From NCBI GenBank assembly GCA_963692915.1, contig OY843584.1, forward strand, positions 992,001-1,056,000: a stretch of 64,000 bases of DNA, given 5' to 3'. The stretch is from Cenarchaeum sp. (GTDB taxonomy: Archaea; Thermoproteota; Nitrososphaeria; Nitrososphaerales; Nitrosopumilaceae). The notes beneath the pieces were generated by a model. That model was not told the DNA's origin. It made no database searches and was given only the letters and a program-made list of their open reading frames with translations. Position numbers and translations under genes: made by a program. Position 1 is the stretch's first letter. Each line of letters starts with the position of its first letter. Shown here one piece after another: positions 1-8,975 of this stretch.

Positions 1-81
1 GTCGAGAGAGTCAGCGAGATGATCCAGACGGACAAGCTAAGGCCACGTAGGCCAGACAAGGCAGAGCAGAGACGGGCATGA
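1..81 (+). CDS. 3' end of upstream gene (possibly herA, by operon context only)
   Basis: Frame 1 is open from position 1 to TGA at 79-81 and overlaps the mre11 start as ATGA. Archaeal mre11-rad50 is usually preceded by herA/nurA. The fragment is too short to identify. Confidence 0.3.
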   Translation, partial: VERVSEMIQTDKLRPRRPDKAEQRRA

Positions 82-1226
82 GGTTTGCGCACATATCTGA
101 CATGCATCTGGGCCATACACAGTACGGCAGGTCAGAGCGTGAGGATGACATGTATGACGCCTTTGATGAGGCAGTGGACATCTCGATCAAGGACAGGGTC
201 GACTTTGCCGTACTCGCCGGCGACCTGTTTGACAAGCCGGTGCCAAGCGGCCGTGCCATAGTCTCCCTTGGCAACTCGCTCAAGAGGCTAAAGGACGCCG
301 GCATAAAGGCGTACTTTATACTCGGTGAGCACGACGTCAGCAGGGTCAGGGCAACACCGGTCGCACAAGTGTACCACAACCTCGAGGTCGCCGATTACAT
401 TGGCAACGGCACGCCAGTGATGCACGGGGACACGCTTCTAGTCGGCATGGACAAGAAGCGCCGTGATGAGATGCCCGAGCACGCCGAGGTCATGGCCAGG
501 GCAGATGCGGCCGCAAGGGCGCACACTGGTCGCAGCGTGCTAGTCATGCACCAGGGCCTCATGGAGTTCAACAAGTTTGCCGGCGAGATCGCCGTCTCGG
601 AGATGCCAAGGTCATTCTCTTACTATGCGATGGGCCACCTGCATGACAGGCACGAGAGGAACTTTGAGGCCCTCGGCGGCCCCCTTGCGTATCCCGGCTC
701 GACGGAGGTCACGTCAGTTGAGGGCATACGAGGCACGACAAAGGGGTTCTATGAGGTCGACATCTCTGGCGAGGAGGCGTCCATGGACTGGATCGCCCTA
801 GACACGCGCCCGCACGTCTCATTTGACACAGAGTACGACAGCATGGGCTCGCGCGTCGCCGAGATCGTCGCCGAGATAGGACGCCTCAAAAAGAGTCCAG
901 TCGTCAGGCTCAACGTGAGCGGCCCAAAGGTCGACGTGGGCACAGCGCACGAGCAGTCCGCACCTATTCGTGACGCGTCCCTCCACCTGCAGGTCATCGC
1001 AAACCACACCGGAGGCTCAAGGGGCTCCGGCGAGGTCATGGACGAGAGGCCGGCGCACATGGACACAGAACGCGCACGTCTAGTCGAGAAGGCCATAGGC
1101 GACAAGTCGCTCGCTGAGCTTGCGCTAAAGTCCCTCCTTCCCCTGCTCTCGGCAGACAAGATGGACGAGGCACTAAGGGTGGTACTAGACGACTATGAGA
1201 GCTTTAGGAAGGGGCGCGCAGCATGA
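78..1226 (+). CDS. mre11: DNA double-strand break repair nuclease Mre11 (metallophosphoesterase)
   Basis: Motifs HISDMHLG, AGDLFD, GEHD, MHQG, MGHLH, YPGS; ATGA overlap with the Rad50 gene. Confidence 0.95.
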   Translation: MRFAHISDMHLGHTQYGRSEREDDMYDAFDEAVDISIKDRVDFAVLAGDLFDKPVPSGRAIVSLGNSLKRLKDAGIKAYFILGEHDVSRVRATPVAQVYHNLEVADYIGNGTPVMHGDTLLVGMDKKRRDEMPEHAEVMARADAAARAHTGRSVLVMHQGLMEFNKFAGEIAVSEMPRSFSYYAMGHLHDRHERNFEALGGPLAYPGSTEVTSVEGIRGTTKGFYEVDISGEEASMDWIALDTRPHVSFDTEYDSMGSRVAEIVAEIGRLKKSPVVRLNVSGPKVDVGTAHEQSAPIRDASLHLQVIANHTGGSRGSGEVMDERPAHMDTERARLVEKAIGDKSLAELALKSLLPLLSADKMDEALRVVLDDYESFRKGRAA

Positions 1227-3802
1227 TTATCGAAATAGAACTCGTGGATTTTTTGTCGCATAGGATGACGGATATAAAATTTGAACCTGGGATGAACGTC
1301 ATAGTGGGACCCAACGGTGCGGGCAAGTCAAGCATTGTTGATGCGGTAACATTTGCGCTTTTTGGAAAACATATGCGCAAGGTCAACAAGTTGCTCATAC
1401 GACATGGTGCCACTTCGGGATACGCAACGGTGATCTTTGAGTCCGGCGACAGGCGATTCAAGGCCACAAGAAAGCTAAAGGCCGGTGGTGCCGCAACACC
1501 CACGCTGTACGAGCGGTCAGGCGAGTCATGGGTCAATGTGGCCGCAGGAGAGCGAAGGCAGATGGACGAGTCAACTACACGCGAGATCGAGGGCATTTTG
1601 GGGATGAACTTTGAAAAGATGCAGATAGCGTCAATAATAAGGCAGGGCGAGCTGGCAGACATAGTACGCGAGTCGCCCAAGGAGTTCAAGACACGCATCA
1701 ACGACATTATCGGGAACAGCGACCTCGATGTGGCAGACGGGAACATGGCCGACTTGCTTGCGGGATTTCGCAATAACATCCGTAACAGGTTTGGACACGA
1801 TGACACGCAGCTTTCCACGATCACTGCCACGCTAGAGAGCGACAAGGCCGAGTCTCGGGATGTCAAAGCCAAGATGCGCACACTGTCCGCCGAGCGTGCA
1901 AAAGGCGAGGCGGGAATAAAGACGCTAGAGGCCGAGCTGGCTCGCGCCGAGGAGGGAGCAAGGGCGCAAGACGCGCTAGAGGCTAGGAGTGCCGAGCTCG
2001 CCGAGTACGCGAGGCAGAGGGGCGAGGCGGCGGCGGCCGACAGGGACAAGATCTCCGGCGAGGCCGCCGAGTGCCGCAGGCGTCTGGGCGAGTACGAGGC
2101 CGGCGGGGGTGTGGCAGGTGGCGGGGCGGCGGCCATGAAGGCACGCGTGGTGTCTGTAGAGGCCGAGCTGGCTCGCGCCGAGGAGGGAGCAAGGGCGCAA
2201 GACGCGCTAGAGGCTAGGAGTGCCGAGCTCGCCGAGTACGCGAGGCAGAGGGGCGAGGCGGCGGCGGCCGACAGGGACAAGATCTCCGGTGAGGCTGCCG
2301 AGTGCAGTAGGCTTTTTGATGTTGCCCGGACTGCCGGAGAGGTGAGCACAAGTCTCAAGGAGGCGCGACGTGAGTTAGAGGCAGAGTCCGAGCTTGTGGC
2401 AGCCGGCGAAAAAACCATGGCAGTTCTGAAGGAACAGACGACTATTGCAGGCAAGCTCACCCTAAAAGATGGCAAGTGTCCCGTGTGCGACTCGCGCGTA
2501 AGCAACCTAAAGCCACTGTTCGTAATAGAGCACATCAAGGACGAGATAGAGCGTGCCTCAACAGACATGAAGGTTCACAAGGAGGCCGTGAGGAGACACG
2601 CATCAAAGATTGACGAGCTCAAAGAGCTGGAGAGAAAGGCAATGGAGGCGAAGAGCACACTTGATGCGCACAATGTGAGCAGCATGGATGACATTGAGGC
2701 CATGTCCAAAAGAGCCGCCACGCTAGAGGAGATGATCAGCATGGCCGAGGCGTGTGCGCGCGGCGACTGGCAGGCCGGCGCGGGCATCGACTCGCAGGCC
2801 AGGGCGCACTGCAAGGCCATCGCGGCCCTGGAAAAGACCGCAGGCGCAGGCGGGAGGCCAGTAGAGGAGCTTGAGGTCGAGCTCGCATCCGTGCGGCACG
2901 CGATCGGCGCAGCGGCGTTCCTGGAGGCTCACTCGGTGAGCAGCGCAGCAGACATTGAGGTCATGGAGCGCAAGGCCGGGGAGCTCAGGGCCGTAGTAGA
3001 GATGGCCGAGGCGTGTGCGCGCGGCGACTGGCAGGCCGGCGCGGGCATCGACTCGCAGGCCGGGGCGCACTGCAAGGCCATCGCGACCCTAGAGGAGAGG
3101 GTAAGACGCTCCGGCGGGAGGAGCGTCGCGGAGATCACAGCAGAGCTCAAAGATGCAAAGTCTGCACTAGATGGCATAAACAAGAGGCATGGGGGTGCCG
3201 AAGAGCGCGCAAGGGCACTCGCCGACAGCATCTCGCAGAACGACAGGCTCTTCACGGAGCTCGAGACGGTCAGCGCGTATGTCAAGAGGCTAAACTCGAT
3301 CAGGGACGCCTTTAGGCGCGACGGGTCGGTTGCAACTAGCCTGAGATCATGGGCGCTAAACGAGATATCAAGGGGGAGCACCGAGCACCTCAGCCTCCTT
3401 GACACGAGAATAAACAGAATTACGCTCACAGAGAAGGACAGAAACGTGACAATAACATGCCATTCCGGAGTCACCACAAGTGACGTCTATGCGCTAAGCG
3501 GCGGCGAGCAGGTGTGTATTGCGCTGGCGTTGCGGCTCGGAATGGCCAGGCTACTCGGGCCGAGCGGGCCAAGGTATGTCATACTTGATGAGCCAACTGC
3601 ACATCTTGATGAGGAGCGCAGAAAGGCACTGGCGTACGTGCTCACAAACCTGTCGGGGGCATCAAGGGGAAAAGCCCCCATGCAGTTTATCATGATAACG
3701 CATGATGCCGAGATATTTGACGAGGTTCCAGTGGAGAAGTGCTACAAGTTTGAGCCTGGCGAGCGCGGAACTGTCGTGTCCGAGCTTGGTCATGGGGACT
3801 AG
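1223..3802 (+). CDS. rad50: Rad50 SMC-family ATPase
   Basis: Walker A GPNGAGKS, zinc hook CPVC (2477-2488), signature LSGGE, Walker B ILDEPT, H-loop ITHD; long coiled coils. Confidence 0.95.
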   Translation: MIIEIELVDFLSHRMTDIKFEPGMNVIVGPNGAGKSSIVDAVTFALFGKHMRKVNKLLIRHGATSGYATVIFESGDRRFKATRKLKAGGAATPTLYERSGESWVNVAAGERRQMDESTTREIEGILGMNFEKMQIASIIRQGELADIVRESPKEFKTRINDIIGNSDLDVADGNMADLLAGFRNNIRNRFGHDDTQLSTITATLESDKAESRDVKAKMRTLSAERAKGEAGIKTLEAELARAEEGARAQDALEARSAELAEYARQRGEAAAADRDKISGEAAECRRRLGEYEAGGGVAGGGAAAMKARVVSVEAELARAEEGARAQDALEARSAELAEYARQRGEAAAADRDKISGEAAECSRLFDVARTAGEVSTSLKEARRELEAESELVAAGEKTMAVLKEQTTIAGKLTLKDGKCPVCDSRVSNLKPLFVIEHIKDEIERASTDMKVHKEAVRRHASKIDELKELERKAMEAKSTLDAHNVSSMDDIEAMSKRAATLEEMISMAEACARGDWQAGAGIDSQARAHCKAIAALEKTAGAGGRPVEELEVELASVRHAIGAAAFLEAHSVSSAADIEVMERKAGELRAVVEMAEACARGDWQAGAGIDSQAGAHCKAIATLEERVRRSGGRSVAEITAELKDAKSALDGINKRHGGAEERARALADSISQNDRLFTELETVSAYVKRLNSIRDAFRRDGSVATSLRSWALNEISRGSTEHLSLLDTRINRITLTEKDRNVTITCHSGVTTSDVYALSGGEQVCIALALRLGMARLLGPSGPRYVILDEPTAHLDEERRKALAYVLTNLSGASRGKAPMQFIMITHDAEIFDEVPVEKCYKFEPGERGTVVSELGHGD
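1926..2305 (+). repeat. Intragenic direct repeat in rad50 N-terminal arm (1926-2074 = 2157-2305)
   Basis: 149 bp with 2 mismatches read directly; period 231 bp (77 aa). Confidence 0.9.
2741..3085 (+). repeat. Intragenic direct repeat in rad50 C-terminal arm (2741-2824 = 3002-3085)
   Basis: 84 bp with 1 mismatch (MAEACARGDWQAGAGIDSQAxAHCKAIA); period 261 bp (87 aa). Confidence 0.9.
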
Positions 3803-4287
3803 CCGCCCGTGAGCTTTGCAAATTTTGGGTTCTTGCTCAGGTTCTCCATGAACTCAATGTTGGATAGCGCGACTACTGCAGAGTCGACTACTGGCTTGTC
3901 AGCATCGCCCAGGGCAGACTCTAGGGCCTTGCGCGACTCGGGTGAGCCGATCACGCCAAGGGCAATGGCGGCCTCGTGGCGCACAAACATGCTAGAGTCC
4001 CCAAGGGTTGCGTCGGCTAGCGGCGCCACGCATGACGAGTAGCACATCTGACCTAGCGAAAAGGCCGCCTCGTGGCGCACGAGCTCGTTTGTGTCATCCT
4101 TGAGCACGCGCGCAATGTGGGGAACCTTGTCCTCGCCCCCAAAGTCCACGAGGATGCAGGTTGCGCGCGTGCGAACCACATAGTCATCGTGGTCTAGAAG
4201 AGCCACAAAATAGCCCGTGTCCTTGGCCTCATACCGTGACTCCATCTCGGCGAACGTGCGCATCCTCTCCTCGGTTACTGCCTGCAA
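3799..4287 (-). CDS. HEAT/PBS-lyase repeat protein
   Basis: Repeated VRHEAA motifs (LVRHEAAFSLG, FVRHEAAIALG); probable TTG start at 4287 (MQAVTEER) below an AT-rich TATA-like stretch, rather than 4467. Confidence 0.8.
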   Translation of the reverse strand: MQAVTEERMRTFAEMESRYEAKDTGYFVALLDHDDYVVRTRATCILVDFGGEDKVPHIARVLKDDTNELVRHEAAFSLGQMCYSSCVAPLADATLGDSSMFVRHEAAIALGVIGSPESRKALESALGDADKPVVDSAVVALSNIEFMENLSKNPKFAKLTGG

Positions 4288-4732
4288 CGGCGCGCGTCGT
4301 CTAGCGCCCCGTATTATACATTGGCAGGCCCGCGTCCAAAACACCCGTGCAGAACAGATCGATCCATCTTGCAACGATCCTGCCGCAGCAGCCACTGCCA
4401 CGATGGCGCGCATGGCAACATCTCGTGCCGTGTCAGCCTCCCGCCCGTGTGCTGCCACCTCCCACAATTGCCAACTAGCGGATCATCAACGTTGTGTCAC
4501 GAGTGTGCCCTGAGGAGATCGCATGGGCATTGGCGTCAGGGGAGCCAATGTGCCAGGCGCTGCTAGCCATGGTATGCCACGCTGACAGGCCAGAGCGGCA
4601 TTTCCAAATTGGTCTAGCGCACCACCTGCCAGACAGCACACAGATGATGACACAGGGGCAACTGTTGTCCAACGAGTCTTCAATGAATTCCTAAACCAGT
4701 CAGTCGCCTTTGTGATTTTAGCAGCACGTTAG

Positions 4733-5320
4733 CTATGACGCAACAGAGGGCAATCCCATACGCGAGAGAATCATGTCCCTAACCTCATCAAACCGTCCGT
4801 CAAGATGAGCCTGACTCTTTTCAACATTCGCAAGTCTAGAATCAACCACCTGCATTTGATCTGCCCGTTCCTTTCGATCCTGCGCACGCTCGGCCTGGCG
4901 ATCCTTGAGATCCTGCGCACGCTCGGCCTGGCGCGCCTTGATATCCGCCTCACGTTCGTCCTTGTGTGCCTTGAGATCCTTCTCGCGCTCGGCCTGGCGA
5001 TCCTTGAGATCCTGCGCACGCTCGGCCTGGCGATCCTTGAGATCCTGCGCACGCTCGGCCTGGCGATCCTTGAGATCCTGCGCACGCTCGGCCTGGCGAT
5101 CCTTGAGATCCTTCTCGTGCATGACATTTCTGTTCGCGATCTCGCCGTCGAGCTTGTCGCATATCTTGTTGAGCGCCCCAAGGAACTCCTTCCGGTCTTC
5201 CTCACGGTCTTTCTTGCGCTGCTGTTCTGTTGCGCGAGCCCACTTTCGCGTCTCTATTGCGACGTACGTGATGACTCCGAGCAGCGACAGCGCTATTGTG
5301 AGGAATGTTGCCTCGATCAC
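4733..5320 (-). CDS. Membrane-anchored coiled-coil protein with 11-aa repeats (paralog family member 1)
   Basis: N-terminal hydrophobic helix, 33-bp tandem repeats encoding DLKDRQAERAQ, C-terminal LDGRFDEVRDMI motif. Confidence 0.75.
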   Translation of the reverse strand: MIEATFLTIALSLLGVITYVAIETRKWARATEQQRKKDREEDRKEFLGALNKICDKLDGEIANRNVMHEKDLKDRQAERAQDLKDRQAERAQDLKDRQAERAQDLKDRQAEREKDLKAHKDEREADIKARQAERAQDLKDRQAERAQDRKERADQMQVVDSRLANVEKSQAHLDGRFDEVRDMILSRMGLPSVAS

Positions 5321-5334
5321 GTCAAGCCTTGAGC

Positions 5335-5348
5335 AATTTTCAATATAA
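5335..5348 (-). promoter_or_regulatory. TATA-containing motif TTATATTGAAAATT, 14 nt upstream of GTG start
   Basis: Same motif at the same spacing precedes the paralogs starting at 37509 and 50215. Confidence 0.7.
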
Positions 5349-5562
5349 GCATATCCGGGGCATCAGGCGTGGACTCGCAGAATATCGGCAGGCGGCAGGA
5401 AATATCCCAATCTTGCCCACGGGGCACCCCGTGGCAGCCACGCCCACGCACTCCCTGATCCCCGCTAGGCAGGCGCCCCCACACAGCCTGCCAGTCACAC
5501 AGGGGGGAATAGGAGTAGGCCCATTAAATTTATCAATGAATAGGTTGTGAGACAGGGCAGGC

Positions 5563-6372
5563 ATGGACACGCACATGGAGTCCCACGAAGGCGCCGCAGG
5601 GCAGCACCCACAGACGAGGGATGCCAAGTGCGTGTATCATGGGACAAGGTGCCTAGTTCCATGCGACGGCGAGATTGTGTGCAGGCTCTTTGGCAATGTC
5701 GTGGGCAGGGTGGAGGAGTCAGACATGGCCCACAGCGATTCGCACGAGTTCCCCTCGGCCAGGTTTGGCGTTGGTGCAGTTTCTGAGTCCCTGGGAACCG
5801 CAAGCCCCAAGATTGGGGGCAAGGCTCGAAAAGTCTACACAAAATATGATGGAGACCGCATTTGGAGATATAGGATAGGCCATATCGCCGACCATTTTGG
5901 CATAGGAAGATCAGTCAGGAGCGAGATAGAGTTTGTCTTTTCTCAACTCAGGCGCAAGACCAACCGCAGGCCATCGCACATACTATTTTTCGCAGTTTAC
6001 AACACGTGCAGGGAGAGAGGGGCATGTGTGGTGAGTGAGCACGAGTTGCGCAAGGTAATGTGCCATTGCTGCAACCTTCAAAGCATGCACAGCGCATTAA
6101 AGATATACGGGATGTTTGCCGTGGACGCAAGGAGGCTTGGGCTGTACAGTGGACACAACACGTCTGGATTTTACTTTAACACGTTCCTCAACACGACTGC
6201 CAGGGCACTCGACCTAGACGAGTCAGACAGGCAGGCCCTGTGGAGAAAGGCCCACCAGCGATACTTGCTGCTTCCTGCATCCATGAGTGAAAAGTACCGC
6301 ACGAGAAGCACGTTTCGCGCAGTGCTAGGAAAGCGCGTGTTTGAGTCCATAAAGGGCGAGGTGAAATACTGA
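5563..6372 (+). CDS. Divergent TFB/TFIIB-like protein
   Basis: Zinc-ribbon-like CVYHG...DGEIVCRLFGNVV and cyclin-fold-like IGHIADHFGI...FFAVYNTCRERG. Confidence 0.55.
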   Translation: MDTHMESHEGAAGQHPQTRDAKCVYHGTRCLVPCDGEIVCRLFGNVVGRVEESDMAHSDSHEFPSARFGVGAVSESLGTASPKIGGKARKVYTKYDGDRIWRYRIGHIADHFGIGRSVRSEIEFVFSQLRRKTNRRPSHILFFAVYNTCRERGACVVSEHELRKVMCHCCNLQSMHSALKIYGMFAVDARRLGLYSGHNTSGFYFNTFLNTTARALDLDESDRQALWRKAHQRYLLLPASMSEKYRTRSTFRAVLGKRVFESIKGEVKY

Positions 6373-7496
6373 TGAAAAAGGCAGGCATTGAGAGTGGCGA
6401 GATACGCATGTTGAGGATAGATGAGCTGATTCACGCGCCGGTGCCCATACACGTGCATTCACAAAAGCAGATGAACCACATTTCAGCCAAACTGCTCAAG
6501 AATGAGCAAGAAAAGACCATACTAGTTGCGGCCCTAGGCGATCAAATGTACATAATAGACGGGCACCTAATGGCCGAGGTTTACCGCAGAAATGGCAGGG
6601 AGGCCATAGCGGCGAGGGTCTGCACCGCCAAAAACGAGCAGGAAGTCATAGCCATGCACATACGCCATAACATGAGCAACCCTCCCAACCCCGTACAGCT
6701 CCTCGAGGCAATAATGTACATGAGGGAACGCAGTGAGACTGACGAGGAGATATGCGACAGCCTAAACATGAACAAGGGCACAGCAGGGATACTCAAGCTG
6801 AGCGTCAATGCGGATGCGCTAAACGAGATGAGGGGAGTTATCAAGGACGTCTCAACGGTCTACTATTCGATCCACCACACATTTCCCATGTATCTCCTAG
6901 AATGGGTCTTCAAGCAGCATATAGAACGCCAGCACGATGCCGCAATTGCGCTGCGGCAGGTAGTCGTAGATTCCTGCAGGGGGCTTGAGCACAAGTTTGT
7001 CTGGCCCACAATAATGGAGGTGCGCATCAGGCAGAGCTACAACGGTGATGACAGGGATGCAGACGCCGGACCAGTTGGAATACCCCTGAGGGTCCATAGC
7101 GACGGAGCCAGGGGGAGGCCTTTGGGGAGCAGCAGCGCATCTGACATCATAAAGGAGGCGCCAGGCACAAGCGAGTTGAGCCACATAAACGACAACACCC
7201 CCACATCGCGCAGGAGGGTGGTGTTCAAGTGCCCGCACGGCTCGGTGATGTATGTCGACGGCAAGTCGCGCGCGTACCATTTGGACGATGAGGGCGCCGA
7301 CAATGTCACCTACATGCGGCGCCTAGACGGCGAGGAGGGCGTGTACCAGATATCCGGCAGAACGCTGAGGTTTCTGCGCGCAAAAAATGGCAAGGTGTGC
7401 CTTAAGGAGTGCACGCCGGCGCAGCTTGCAAAGCTGCTCACAAAGGTCAAGAAGGGACGGATAAATGTCTGCATTCTTTCCTCAGAGAACCTATGA
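6372..7496 (+). CDS. ParB/Srx N-terminal domain protein
   Basis: LRIDEL...ILVA...YIIDGH pattern followed by A(M)HIRHN and an HTH-like EEICDSLNM segment; translationally coupled to the upstream gene. Confidence 0.6.
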   Translation: MKKAGIESGEIRMLRIDELIHAPVPIHVHSQKQMNHISAKLLKNEQEKTILVAALGDQMYIIDGHLMAEVYRRNGREAIAARVCTAKNEQEVIAMHIRHNMSNPPNPVQLLEAIMYMRERSETDEEICDSLNMNKGTAGILKLSVNADALNEMRGVIKDVSTVYYSIHHTFPMYLLEWVFKQHIERQHDAAIALRQVVVDSCRGLEHKFVWPTIMEVRIRQSYNGDDRDADAGPVGIPLRVHSDGARGRPLGSSSASDIIKEAPGTSELSHINDNTPTSRRRVVFKCPHGSVMYVDGKSRAYHLDDEGADNVTYMRRLDGEEGVYQISGRTLRFLRAKNGKVCLKECTPAQLAKLLTKVKKGRINVCILSSENL

Positions 7497-7557
7497 TAGC
7501 GGGATATTTGCCCCACAGGGGCAATGCCGCAGCGTGGCTGATCAGGCAAACGCGCTT

Positions 7558-8313
7558 GTGAACCTGCGGGCGATCAAGCGCAATGGCCGGATGCACAACC
7601 TGCTCTGCCTTTTGCATCTCGCAAACGAGCACTCTGGGGGGCCTAGTGTGGTCATACCCCAGGGGGACGTGCGAAATTTTAGGAATTTTCGCGGTCTAGC
7701 GTACTCGACGAACCTAGTGGACGTAAGGCTGTGCGCCACGGAGGGTGCGGCCCCATACGGGTTTACGCGCCTCACGGACACGCGTGGAGGCGGGATTGTC
7801 GCATCAGACACAGGCGGGAGATTTGTCTGCATGCGGCTCACAACCATCGGGCGCTGGATGGCATTTGGCCTGTTGTGGGACATGAGTCCATTTGCGATGT
7901 GTGTGGCAGCAGTAATCAACGTGGCCATTACGCAAAGTGCGAAAAACTGGACAATCTGCAAGGACTCTTGCACGTGCCATGGCACACGGATAATCGGAGT
8001 GCATGAAAAGAGAAACTGGAATCCGAGCCCGTTAACTGCACTAATGTGCTCACGAAAGTTTCCCGAATGCAGCAAAACCAAGATTATGCGCGCGCTGAGG
8101 GAACTTGAGAATTGCGAGATGATCACAATTAGCAAGAAAATGCGCTGCGCCATCATAAGGTCAAATCCCGATCATCCCCTATTGTCCTGCCATGCGCACA
8201 TACTTGCCAGGCTAGCAACGGTCATTAACGACCAGGACACCCTAGAGAACGCAACACGGCACGTAAAGTTTGTTCAGCCGACGCCGAGGAGATCGAGTTG
8301 TCAGAGATCATAG
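7558..8313 (+). CDS. Hypothetical protein (start uncertain), possible C-terminal winged-helix
   Basis: Long ORF within the operon-like run; SKTKIMRALRELENCEMITI resembles a wHTH recognition helix and wing. Confidence 0.4.
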   Translation: MNLRAIKRNGRMHNLLCLLHLANEHSGGPSVVIPQGDVRNFRNFRGLAYSTNLVDVRLCATEGAAPYGFTRLTDTRGGGIVASDTGGRFVCMRLTTIGRWMAFGLLWDMSPFAMCVAAVINVAITQSAKNWTICKDSCTCHGTRIIGVHEKRNWNPSPLTALMCSRKFPECSKTKIMRALRELENCEMITISKKMRCAIIRSNPDHPLLSCHAHILARLATVINDQDTLENATRHVKFVQPTPRRSSCQRS

Positions 8314-8975
8314 CCGATACGGCAGGTGCCATCCTGTCAGCTGGAATGGTCGGCGCGGCGGCATGGTTTGACCTGCGCGAAAGGGGCATCCCGTATGGCA
8401 TGCTGGCAGTCATCGGCATTGCAGCGGCAGTGTTTATGGCCGTCCGGTGGATCGCGCTAGGCATGTGGCCATCAGGCCACGACATTGTGTGGATGGCCAT
8501 CGCGTGTGCCGTGTCCCTCACAATGCTCTTTCGTGGCACGCTAGTTGCGCGTGGCGACGCGCTGATGATCATGATAACAGGCACCCTAGTTCCGAGCATA
8601 GTCGGGGTTCCGGCCCTTCCCATGACAATGGGAATCGCCCTAGGAGTGGCCATCGTGGCGCACATTGCAGGCACCATAGTGCCAAACTTGGCAGAGCTAG
8701 CGCGAACCGGCCGCGTGTTTGCGGGTGTGGACGAGCCGGCGATCCGCAAGGCCGCAGCGTTTCTTGTGGTGCACAGGAGAAGGAGCGGCGAGAGGTTTTG
8801 CTTTGCGGCCGAGGCGACTAGGGGCGGGCGCAGGAGGCTCGTGCTCCTGCCCGGCTCCCTCGATGATGCCGACATTGGCGCGCAGACCGTGTACGTGATC
8901 TCCGCAATACCGTTCATGGTTCCGTATCTTGTCGGCGCAGTCGCCGTCGCCGCGCTTGCCATTGTCGCCATTTGA
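8298..8975 (+). CDS. A24-family prepilin peptidase (FlaK/PibD-like)
   Basis: Polytopic membrane protein with AAWFDLRERGIP (Asp1), ARGDA (Asp2) and C-terminal IPFMVPY. Confidence 0.75.
   Translation: MSEIIADTAGAILSAGMVGAAAWFDLRERGIPYGMLAVIGIAAAVFMAVRWIALGMWPSGHDIVWMAIACAVSLTMLFRGTLVARGDALMIMITGTLVPSIVGVPALPMTMGIALGVAIVAHIAGTIVPNLAELARTGRVFAGVDEPAIRKAAAFLVVHRRRSGERFCFAAEATRGGRRRLVLLPGSLDDADIGAQTVYVISAIPFMVPYLVGAVAVAALAIVAI

Noticed and set aside
4290-4730. Possible tRNA/ncRNA or small genes in intergenic gaps (also 9990-10150, 45720-45920)
   Set aside because: No cloverleaf, T-loop or convincing ORF signal could be recognised
4877-5107. 33-bp repeats resembling a CRISPR array (also 37730-37980, 46070-46230, 49640-49790)
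   Set aside because: Units are contiguous without unique spacers, in frame inside ORFs, and no cas genes are present
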